A DNA stretch of 41,954 bases, from NCBI GenBank assembly GCA_032718475.1, contig JAUCBJ010001568.1:1-41954 (forward strand). Direction: 5' to 3'. Each line of letters begins with the position of its first letter. Within the stretch, counting starts at the first letter, position 1. This document shows positions 11,101-22,877 of the stretch, in pieces. Under the pieces are notes generated by a model. The model worked only from the letters and a program-made list of their open reading frames with translations, ran no database searches and was not told where the DNA came from. Made by a program: the position numbers and the translations under genes. Origin of the DNA: Nemertoderma westbladi. Its lineage: Eukaryota; Animalia; Xenacoelomorpha.

Positions 11101-14100
11101 AAACTTTATCGTGGCCTATAAAGTAAACTTTATCTTGGCCTACAAAGTAAACTTTATCGTGGCCTATAAAGTAAACTTTATCTTGGCCTATAAAGTAAAC
11201 TTTATCGAGGCCTATAAAGTAAACTTTATCTTGGCCTACAAAGTAAACTTTATCGTGGCCTATAAAGTAAACTTTATCTTGGCCTACAAAGTAAACTTTA
11301 TCGAGGCCTATAAAGTAAACTTTATCTTGGCCTACAAAGTAAACTTTATCGTGGCCTATAAAGTAAACTTTATCGTGGCCTATAAAGTAAACTTTATCGT
11401 GGTCTATAAAGTAAACTTTATCTTGGCCTACAAAGTAAACTTTATCGTGGCCTATAAAGTAAACTTTATCGTGGCCTACAAAGTAAACTTTATCGTGGCC
11501 TATAAAGTAAACTTTATCGTGGCCTATAAAGTAAACTTTATCTTGGCCTACAAAGTAAACTTTATCGTGGCCTATAAAGTAAACTTTATCGTGGCCTACA
11601 AAGTAAACTTTATCGTGGCCTATAAAGTAAACTTTATCGTGGCCTATAAAGTAAACTTTATCTTGGCCTACAAAGTAAACTTTATCGTGGCCTATAAAGT
11701 AAACTTTATCGTGGCCTATAAAGTAAACTTTATCGTGGTCTATAAAGTAAACTTTATCTTGGCCTACAAAGTAAACTTTATCGTGGCCTATAAAGTAAAC
11801 TTTATCGTGGCCTACAAAGTAAACTTTATCGTGGCCTATAAAGTAAACTTTATCGTGGCCTATAAAGTAAACTTTATCTTGGCCTACAAAGTAAACTTTA
11901 TCGTGGCCTATAAAGTAAACTTTATCTTGGCCTATAAAGTAAACTTTATCGAGGCCTATAAAGTAAACTTTATCTTGGCCTACAAAGTAAACTTTATCGT
12001 GGCCTATAAAGTAAACTTTATCTTGGCCTACAAAGTAAACTTTATCGTGGCCTATAAAGTAAACTTTATCGTGGCCTACAAAGTAAACTTTATCGTGGCC
12101 TATAAAGTAAACTTTATCGTGGCCTATAAAGTAAACTTTATCGTGGCCTACAAAGTAAACTTTATCGTGGCCTATAAAGTAAACTTTATCTTGGCCTATA
12201 AAGTAAACTTTATCGAGGCCTATAAAGTAAACTTTATCGAGGCCTATAAAGTAAACTTTATCTTGGCCTACAAAGTAAACTTTATCGTGGCCTATAAAGT
12301 AAACTTTATCTTGGCCTACAAAGTAAACTTTATCGTGGCCTATAAAGTAAACTTTATCTTGGCCTACAAAGTAAACTTTATCGTGGCCTATAAAGTAAAC
12401 TTTATCGTGGCCTACAAAGTAAACTTTATCGTGGCCTATAAAGTAAACTTTATCGTGGCCTATAAAGTAAACTTTATCGTGGCCTATAAAGTAAACTTTA
12501 TCGTGGCCTATAAAGTAAACTTTATCTTGGCCTACAAAGTAAACTTTATCGTGGCCTATAAAGTAAACTTTATCTTGGCCTATAAAGTAAACTTTATCGA
12601 GGCCTATAAAGTAAACTTTATCTTGGCCTACAAAGTAAACTTTATCGTGGCCTATAAAGTAAACTTTATCTTGGCCTACAAAGTAAACTTTATCGTGGCC
12701 TATAAAGTAAACTTTATCTTGGCCTACAAAGTAAACTTTATCGTGGCCTATAAAGTAAACTTTATCGTGGCCTACAAAGTAAACTTTATCGTGGCCTATA
12801 AAGTAAACTTTATCGTGGCCTATAAAGTAAACTTTATCTTGGCCTACAAAGTAAACTTTATCGTGGCCTATAAAGTAAACTTTATCGTGGCCTACAAAGT
12901 AAACTTTATCGTGGCCTATAAAGTAAACTTTATCGTGGCCTATAAAGTAAACTTTATCTTGGCCTACAAAGTAAACTTTATCGTGGCCTATAAAGTAAAC
13001 TTTATCGTGGCCTATAAAGTAAACTTTATCGTGGTCTATAAAGTAAACTTTATCTTGGCCTACAAAGTAAACTTTATCTTGGCCTACAAAGTAAACTTTA
13101 TCGTGGCCTATAAAGTAAACTTTATCGTGGCCTACAAAGTAAACTTTATCGTGGCCTATAAAGTAAACTTTATCGTGGCCTATAAAGTAAACTTTATCGT
13201 GGTCTATAAAGTAAACTTTATCTTGGCCTACAAAGTAAACTTTATCGTGGCCTATAAAGTAAACTTTATCGTGGCCTACAAAGTAAACTTTATCGTGGCC
13301 TATAAAGTAAACTTTATCGTGGCCTATAAAGTAAACTTTATCTTGGCCTACAAAGTAAACTTTATCGTGGCCTATAAAGTAAACTTTATCGTGGCCTACA
13401 AAGTAAACTTTATCGTGGCCTATAAAGTAAACTTTATCGTGGCCTATAAAGTAAACTTTATCTTGGCCTACAAAGTAAACTTTATCGTGGCCTATAAAGT
13501 AAACTTTATCTTGGCCTATAAAGTAAACTTTATCGAGGCCTATAAAGTAAACTTTATCTTGGCCTACAAAGTAAACTTTATCGTGGCCTATAAAGTAAAC
13601 TTTATCTTGGCCTACAAAGTAAACTTTATCGTGGCCTATAAAGTAAACTTTATCTTGGCCTACAAAGTAAACTTTATCGTGGCCTATAAAGTAAACTTTA
13701 TCGTGGCCTATAAAGTAAACTTTATCTTGGCCTACAAAGTAAACTTTATCGTGGCCTATAAAGTAAACTTTATCTTGGCCTATAAAGTAAACTTTATCGA
13801 GGCCTATAAAGTAAACTTTATATTGGCCTACAAAGTAAACTTTATCGTGGCCTATAAAGTAAACTTTATCTTGGCCTACAAAGTAAACTTTATCGTGGCC
13901 TATAAAGTAAACTTTATCTTGGCCTACAAAGTAAACTTTATCGTGGCCTATAAAGTAAACTTTATCTTGGCCTATAAAGTAAACTTTATCGAGGCCTATA
14001 AAGTAAACTTTATCTTGGCCTACAAAGTAAACTTTATCGTGGCCTATAAAGTAAACTTTATCTTGGCCTACAAAGTAAACTTTATCGTGGCCTATAAAGT

Positions 14101-17100
14101 AAACTTTATCGTGGCCTACAAAGTAAACTTTATCGTGGCCTATAAAGTAAACTTTATCGTGGCCTATAAAGTAAACTTTATCTTGGCCTACAAAGTAAAC
14201 TTTATCGTGGCCTATAAAGTAAACTTTATCTTGGCCTACAAAGTAAACTTTATCGTGGCCTATAAAGTAAACTTTATCGTGGCCTACAAAGTAAACTTTA
14301 TCGTGGCCTATAAAGTAAACTTTATCGTGGCCTATAAAGTAAACTTTATCGTGGCCTATAAAGTAAACTTTATCTTGGCCTACAAAGTAAACTTTATCGT
14401 GGCCTATAAAGTAAACTTTATCGTGGCCTATAAAGTAAACTTTATCGTGGTCTATAAAGTAAACTTTATCTTGGCCTACAAAGTAAACTTTATCGTGGCC
14501 TATAAAGTAAACTTTATCGTGGCCTACAAAGTAAACTTTATCGTGGCCTATAAAGTAAACTTTATCGTGGCCTATAAAGTAAACTTTATCGAGGCCTATA
14601 AAGTAAACTTTATCTTGGCCTACAAAGTAAACTTTATCGAGGCCTATAAAGTAAACTTTATCTTGGCCTACAAAGTAAACTTTATCGTGGCCTATAAAGT
14701 AAACTTTATCTTGGCCTACAAAGTAAACTTTATCGAGGCCTATAAAGTAAACTTTATCTTGGCCTACAAAGTAAACTTTATCGTGGCCTATAAAGTAAAC
14801 TTTATCTTGGCCTACAAAGTAAACTTTATCGTGGCCTATAAAGTAAACTTTATCTTGGCCTACAAAGTAAACTTTATCGTGGCCTATAAAGTAAACTTTA
14901 TCGTGGCCTACAAAGTAAACTTTATCGTGGCCTATAAAGTAAACTTTATCGTGGCCTATAAAGTAAACTTTATCTTGGCCTACAAAGTAAACTTTATCGT
15001 GGCCTATAAAGTAAACTTTATCGTGGCCTACAAAGTAAACTTTATCGTGGCCTATAAAGTAAACTTTATCGTGGCCTATAAAGTAAACTTTATCTTGGCC
15101 TACAAAGTAAACTTTATCGTGGCCTATAAAGTAAACTTTATCGTGGCCTATAAAGTAAACTTTATCGTGGTCTATAAAGTAAACTTTATCTTGGCCTACA
15201 AAGTAAACTTTATCGTGGCCTATAAAGTAAACTTTATCGTGGCCTACAAAGTAAACTTTATCGTGGCCTATAAAGTAAACTTTATCGTGGCCTATAAAGT
15301 AAACTTTATCGTGGTCTATAAAGTAAACTTTATCTTGGCCTACAAAGTAAACTTTATCGTGGCCTATAAAGTAAACTTTATCGTGGCCTACAAAGTAAAC
15401 TTTATCGTGGCCTATAAAGTAAACTTTATCGTGGCCTATAAAGTAAACTTTATCTTGGCCTACAAAGTAAACTTTATCGTGGCCTATAAAGTAAACTTTA
15501 TCGTGGCCTACAAAGTAAACTTTATCGTGGCCTATAAAGTAAACTTTATCGTGGCCTATAAAGTAAACTTTATCTTGGCCTACAAAGTAAACTTTATCGT
15601 GGCCTATAAAGTAAACTTTATCTTGGCCTATAAAGTAAACTTTATCGAGGCCTATAAAGTAAACTTTATCTTGGCCTACAAAGTAAACTTTATCGTGGCC
15701 TATAAAGTAAACTTTATCTTGGCCTACAAAGTAAACTTTATCGTGGCCTATAAAGTAAACTTTATCTTGGCCTACAAAGTAAACTTTATCGTGGCCTATA
15801 AAGTAAACTTTATCGTGGCCTATAAAGTAAACTTTATCTTGGCCTACAAAGTAAACTTTATCGTGGCCTATAAAGTAAACTTTATCTTGGACTATAAAGT
15901 AAACTTTATCGAGGCCTATAAAGTAAACTTTATATTGGCCTACAAAGTAAACTTTATCGTGGCCTATAAAGTAAACTTTATCTTGGCCTACAAAGTAAAC
16001 TTTATCGTGGCCTATAAAGTAAACTTTATCTTGGCCTACAAAGTAAACTTTATCGTGGCCTATAAAGTAAACTTTATCTTGGCCTATAAAGTAAACTTTA
16101 TCGAGGCCTATAAAGTAAACTTTATCTTGGCCTACAAAGTAAACTTTATCGTGGCCTATAAAGTAAACTTTATCTTGGCCTACAAAGTAAACTTTATCGT
16201 GGCCTATAAAGTAAACTTTATCGTGGCCTACAAAGTAAACTTTATCGTGGCCTATAAAGTAAACTTTATCGTGGCCTATAAAGTAAACTTTATCTTGGCC
16301 TACAAAGTAAACTTTATCGTGGCCTATAAAGTAAACTTTATCTTGGCCTACAAAGTAAACTTTATCGTGGCCTATAAAGTAAACTTTATCGTGGCCTACA
16401 AAGTAAACTTTATCGTGGCCTATAAAGTAAACTTTATCGTGGCCTATAAAGTAAACTTTATCGTGGCCTATAAAGTAAACTTTATCTTGGCCTACAAAGT
16501 AAACTTTATCGTGGCCTATAAAGTAAACTTTATCGTGGCCTATAAAGTAAACTTTATCGTGGTCTATAAAGTAAACTTTATCTTGGCCTACAAAGTAAAC
16601 TTTATCGTGGCCTATAAAGTAAACTTTATCGTGGCCTATAAAGTAAACTTTATCGAGGCCTATAAAGTAAACTTTATCTTGGCCTACAAAGTAAACTTTA
16701 TCGTGGCCTATAAAGTAAACTTTATCTTGGCCTACAAAGTAAACTTTATCGTGGCCTATAAAGTAAACTTTATCGTGGCCTACAAAGTAAACTTTATCGT
16801 GGCCTATAAAGTAAACTTTATCGTGGCCTATAAAGTAAACTTTATCTTGGCCTACAAAGTAAACTTTATCGTGGCCTATAAAGTAAACTTTATCTTGGCC
16901 TATAAAGTAAACTTTATCGAGGCCTATAAAGTAAACTTTATCTTGGCCTATAAAGTAAACTTTATCGAGGCCTATAAAGTAAACTTTATCTTGGCCTACA
17001 AAGTAAACTTTATCGTGGCCTATAAAGTAAACTTTATCTTGGCCTACAAAGTAAACTTTATCGTGGCCTATAAAGTAAACTTTATCGTGGCCTATAAAGT

Positions 17101-20100
17101 AAACTTTATCGTGGCCTATAAAGTAAACTTTATCGTGGTCTATAAAGTAAACTTTATCTTGGCCTACAAAGTAAACTTTATCGTGGCCTATAAAGTAAAC
17201 TTTATCGTGGCCTACAAAGTAAACTTTATCGTGGCCTATAAAGTAAACTTTATCGTGGCCTATAAAGTAAACTTTATCGTGGCCTATAAAGTAAACTTTA
17301 TCTTGGCCTACAAAGTAAACTTTATCGTGGCCTATAAAGTAAACTTTATCGTGGCCTATAAAGTAAACTTTATCGTGGCCTATAAAGTAAACTTTATCTT
17401 GGCCTACAAAGTAAACTTTATCGTGGCCTATAAAGTAAACTTTATCTTGGCCTATAAAGTAAACTTTATCGAGGCCTATAAAGTAAACTTTATCTTGGCC
17501 TACAAAGTAAACTTTATCGTGGCCTATAAAGTAAACTTTATCGTGGCCTACAAAGTAAACTTTATCTTGGCCTACAAAGTAAACTTTATCGTGGCCTATA
17601 AAGTAAACTTTATCTTGGCCTATAAAGTAAACTTTATCGAGGCCTATAAAGTAAACTTTATCTTGGCCTACAAAGTAAACTTTATCGTGGCCTATAAAGT
17701 AAACTTTATCTTGGCCTATAAAGTAAACTTTATCGAGGCCTATAAAGTAAACTTTATCTTGGCCTATAAAGTAAACTTTATCTTGGCCTATAAAGTAAAC
17801 TTTATCGAGGCCTATAAAGTAAACTTTATCTTGGCCTACAAAGTAAACTTTATCGTGGCCTATAAAGTAAACTTTATCTTGGCCTACAAAGTAAACTTTA
17901 TCGTGGCCTATAAAGTAAACTTTATCGTGGCCTATAAAGTAAACTTTATCGTGGCCTATAAAGTAAACTTTATCGTGGCCTATAAAGTAAACTTTATCGA
18001 GGCCTATAAAGTAAACTTTATCTTGGCCTACAAAGTAAACTTTATCGTGGCCTATAAAGTAAACTTTATCTTGGCCTACAAAGTAAACTTTATCGTGGCC
18101 TATAAAGTAAACTTTATCGTGGCCTACAAAGTAAACTTTATCGTGGCCTATAAAGTAAACTTTATCGTGGCCTATAAAGTAAACTTTATCTTGGCCTACA
18201 AAGTAAACTTTATCGTGGCCTATAAAGTAAACTTTATCTTGGCCTATAAAGTAAACTTTATCGAGGCCTATAAAGTAAACTTTATCTTGGCCTATAAAGT
18301 AAACTTTATCGAGGCCTATAAAGTAAACTTTATCTTGGCCTACAAAGTAAACTTTATCGTGGCCTATAAAGTAAACTTTATCTTGGCCTACAAAGTAAAC
18401 TTTATCGTGGCCTATAAAGTAAACTTTATCGTGGCCTATAAAGTAAACTTTATCGTGGCCTATAAAGTAAACTTTATCGTGGTCTATAAAGTAAACTTTA
18501 TCTTGGCCTACAAAGTAAACTTTATCGTGGCCTATAAAGTAAACTTTATCGTGGCCTACAAAGTAAACTTTATCGTGGCCTATAAAGTAAACTTTATCGT
18601 GGCCTATAAAGTAAACTTTATCGTGGCCTATAAAGTAAACTTTATCTTGGCCTACAAAGTAAACTTTATCGTGGCCTATAAAGTAAACTTTATCGTGGCC
18701 TATAAAGTAAACTTTATCGTGGCCTATAAAGTAAACTTTATCTTGGCCTACAAAGTAAACTTTATCGTGGCCTATAAAGTAAACTTTATCTTGGCCTATA
18801 AAGTAAACTTTATCGAGGCCTATAAAGTAAACTTTATCTTGGCCTACAAAGTAAACTTTATCGTGGCCTATAATGTAAACTTTATCGTGGCCTACAAAGT
18901 AAACTTTATCTTGGCCTACAAAGTAAACTTTATCGTGGCCTATAAAGTAAACTTTATCTTGGCCTATAAAGTAAACTTTATCGAGGCCTATAAAGTAAAC
19001 TTTATCTTGGCCTACAAAGTAAACTTTATCGTGGCCTATAAAGTAAACTTTATCTTGGCCTATAAAGTAAACTTTATCGAGGCCTATAAAGTAAACTTTA
19101 TCTTGGCCTATAAAGTAAACTTTATCTTGGCCTATAAAGTAAACTTTATCGAGGCCTATAAAGTAAACTTTATCTTGGCCTACAAAGTAAACTTTATCGT
19201 GGCCTATAAAGTAAACTTTATCTTGGCCTACAAAGTAAACTTTATCGTGGCCTATAAAGTAAACTTTATCGTGGCCTATAAAGTAAACTTTATCGTGGCC
19301 TACAAAGTAAACTTTATCTTGGCCTACAAAGTAAACTTTATCGTGGCCTATAAAGTAAACTTTATCGTGGCCTACAAAGTAAACTTTATCTTGGCCTACA
19401 AAGTAAACTTTATCGTGGCCTACAAAGTAAACTTTATCTTGGCCTATAAAGTAAACTTTATCTTGGCCTATAAAGTAAACTTTATCGAGGCCTATAAAGT
19501 AAACTTTATCTTGGCCTACAAAGTAAACTTTATCGTGGCCTATAAAGTAAACTTTATCTTGGCCTACAAAGTAAACTTTATCGTGGCCTATAAAGTAAAC
19601 TTTATCGTGGCCTATAAAGTAAACTTTATCGTGGCCTACAAAGTAAACTTTATCTTGGCCTACAAAGTAAACTTTATCGTGGCCTATAAAGTAAATTTTA
19701 TCTTGGCCTACAAAGTAAACTTTATCTACCGTGGCCTACAAAGTAAACTTTATCGTGGCCTATAAAGTAAACTTTATCGTGGCCTATAAAGTAAACTTTA
19801 TCTTGGCCTACAAAGTAAACGTTATCGTGGCCTATAAAGTAAACTTTATCTTGGCCTATAAAGTAAACTTTATCGTGGCCTATAAAGTAAACTTTATCGT
19901 GGCCTATAAAGTAAACTTTATCTTGGCCTACAAAGTAAACGTTATCGTGGCCTATAAAGTAAACTTTATCTTGGCCTATAAAGTAAACTTTATCGTGGCC
20001 TATAAAGTAAACTTTATCTTGGCCTACAAAGTAAACTTTATCGTGGCCTATAAAGTAAACTTTATCGTGGCCTATAAAGTAAACTTTATCGTGGCCTATA

Positions 20101-20441
20101 AAGTAAACTTTATCTTGACCTACAAAGTAAACTTTATCTTGGCCTACAAAGTAAACTTTATCGTGGCCTATAAAGTAAACTTTATCGTGGCCTATAAAGT
20201 AAACTTTATCTTGGCCTACAAAGTAAACTTTATCTTGGCCTACAAAGTAAACTTTATCGTGGCCTATAAAGTAAACTTTATCGTGGCCTATAAAGTAAAC
20301 TTTATCTTGGCCTATAAAGTAAACTTTATCGTGGCCTATAAAGTAAACGTTATCGTGGCCTATAAAGTAAACTTTATCGTGGCCTATAAAGTAAACTTTA
20401 TCTTGGCCTACAAAGTAAACGTTATCGTGGTCTACAAAGTA
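8133..20441. repeat. 24-bp satellite array, ~510 units, consensus TAYAAAGTAAACTTTATCKTGGCC
   Basis: Directly visible period of 24 over 12.3 kb, with an internal palindrome ATAAAGT-AA-ACTTTAT. Three 28-bp variant units (TCTACCGTGG) at ~8149, ~8297 and ~19725. Confidence 0.99.
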
Positions 20442-20904
20442 GACCACGAATCCCCATGTTAGTGAAATTTGTTGTTATTCCCAAATAACCGAACCCGAAA
20501 CTTGACCTTCAAACATGTTCATGTCACGTATTTTATCATGGTTGCATTTAAAATGCAAAAAATAATATTTAATCTTAACAGAGTTTTATAACAGAGATGA
20601 ATGGGACTATATTATTATATAACATCAGTATATCTACCTCCTTTTAATACAAGTTATTATGAAATATACACTATACAGTAGGTCTACACGTAGTTGTTAA
20701 ATAAAGTTGTTTAATTTAAAGATTCGGCCTATTGCTAGTTATTCTATTGCGGTAAATATGGGAATGTTTGAAAGCACATCAATTTATTATTATTGACAAA
20801 ATAAAGGGGATATTTCCAAAGGGGTTGCTCTCAGTGTCGAAGACATCCCAGAACCGATTGGTCTTGGTAATTACTGTGGAAAATAATATCTGTGTGGATC
20901 TCCA

Positions 20905-21673
20905 GTGTGAGGGACGGCGCAGAGTTGTGAGAGAGAGAGAGAGAGGGGGGGGGGACTGCACTTGTTCCGTCGGGTTTTATCAAGTGAGAGGGCTTTTAGA
21001 CACCTCCCGTTAAGAGTGCGTTGAAGCGGACTGTATAGGAAGGGAAGTTGAGAAGAAAACAAGTTGAGATCGTTGAGAACTGCCGGAACTATATATTATA
21101 TCGTTAGAATCGGTTAGAAGTTAAAAGATATGACAAAAATTGCAGAAATACTATTTACAGATAAAAATGCCGCTAAAAATATAAAAACTTTACTGTTGTA
21201 AAAGTCAGGGGCTTCCGCAAGCAGAGGGTGAAGGTGCTAGAAGGTGAGGAAAGTGAAAAAACAGGCCCTTTTATTGCCAGATATTATGCAAATCGGGATC
21301 GGAACGCTCTGAATGCAGATTGGTCGTAGCTCGTCTCTGATTGGTCGGAGCTACTGGTTGGCCAAACAGTTACGTTTCGATCCTATTGCACCAATGGGCT
21401 GGCGAAGGCAGGATGTCGATGACATGGGTCTTGTGATTTACAAACGTATCAAACCAAACGTGATCCCACTGGACAACCTACACGGTTCAATCTAAAAAGC
21501 ACAAATAGAAACGTATCGGTGTTGGCAAACAAAACGTGACACCACAGGACAACCTATACGTTTTGATCCTAATTACAAGATAAATGTGCATACGTGAGAC
21601 GCAAACGTGATCCGACCGAACAAACCTAACAGGAGATTATTCACACCAGGACAAGCTCAGATTTTCGGTGACA
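20905..21673 (-). mobile_element. LTR-like relic with a promoter cassette (left boundary unresolved)
   Basis: Minus strand starts TGTCACC at 21673. Degenerate direct repeats (AAACGTGA...GGACAACCTA) at 21440-21630; CCAAT boxes at 21319, 21340 and 21391; octamer ATGCAAAT at 21286-21293; TATA-like AATAAAAG at ~21275. Shares a 16-mer with the 38314-40475 element. Confidence 0.45.
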
Positions 21674-21679
21674 ATGGAA

Positions 21680-22755
21680 TAGGGTTGGTGCGCGAAAAAA
21701 TTGTTGGGCTAGAAACAATCGAATAAGTGGTAACAAGGTGCCCTGAATCGAGTGGCGGGTGTGTTTTTTTATAAAAACACGAGGAAACGGTCGAAATGGC
21801 GGGTTTAAGTAAGCCCGGGAAGCCAATTTTGAAAATCGGCTGTGATTGGCTGCTATATATTTGACGTCACTACGCAGTGCTCTGATAATTTCTTATATTG
21901 TTTTCTATGGAGGGTTTCGATTGATTTAAATACACATTTAATCTAAATCATTTCACACGTGGCTTATATCAATTGAAAGCGGAGAGTCTTGTGCGTCTTT
22001 TAACACTACAATCACATAATTAATGGATCACGAACATTTATAAAATACTGTTTGCAATTTTGCAAACTTGGTAGATTGCCTGACCCCGTATGCAACCTTA
22101 TGCTGACCCCTCAGCCCTCTAGCCACCTATTGCATCATCTGTGCAGTATCGGAGTAGGCCTATTGCTGTCTTGTTGCTTAAGTTCATTACGTTGAGTAAA
22201 CCTACCGCTGTACCACACTTACGCTTTCCGCCGGCCAATACACATTTCAACTTAATGAACTTAAGCTGTAATACAGCAATACTCCAATACTGTAATGCAA
22301 TACGTGGAAAGGGCTGAGTGGTTCAGTACTACTACTTGCATACCGGTCAGGCAATCTGCGAGTTTATAATTGTGAATTGATTCATTTTATCAATGTTTAT
22401 CACCATGAATTTAATTAATTATAATGTTAAAAGACGCGCAAGACTCTCCGCTTTCAATTGATATAGGCCACGTTTTAAATTATTGAGATTAAATGTGTAT
22501 TTAAATGGGTCCAAAATCACCCTCCATAGAAACCAATATAAGAAATTATCTGAGCACTGCGTAGTGACTTGAAATATGTAGCAGCCAATCACAGCCGATT
22601 TTCAAAATTGTCTTCCCGGGCTTATTTAAACCCGCAAATTTCGACCGTTTCCTCGTGTTTTTACCAATAACACACCCCGCCACTCGATTCAGGGCACCTT
22701 GTTACCCCTTATTCGATTGTTTCTACCCCAACAATTTTTTCGCGCACCATCCCTA
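21680..22755. mobile_element. Foldback-type non-autonomous DNA transposon (~1.08 kb, ~515-bp arms, ~50-bp spacer)
   Basis: TAGGGTTGGTGCGCGAAAAAATTGTTGGG... pairs with ...CCCCAACAATTTTTTCGCGCACCATCCCTA. Arms can be followed inward to GCTTAAGTTCATTA (~22176) and TAATGAACTTAAGC (~22266). No clean TSD. Confidence 0.85.
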
Positions 22756-22877
22756 TTCATTAAATATAGGGAAATTATTGAGGATAAGCGGCAACAAATT
22801 TCACCAGAGTTCTGGAATTCACCAGCGTTTAAGGGAGATAACTCCATGTCATCGAATTATAAATACAGAAAATATGC

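Noticed and set aside
8303-19765. 3820-aa ORF as a protein-coding gene
   Set aside because: Pure translation of a 24-bp satellite; non-ATG start, no unique sequence, and the frame is broken by 28-bp units at both ends. Kept only as a low-interest finding.
19722-20462. 241-aa and 243-aa ORFs at the array end
   Set aside because: Satellite translations.
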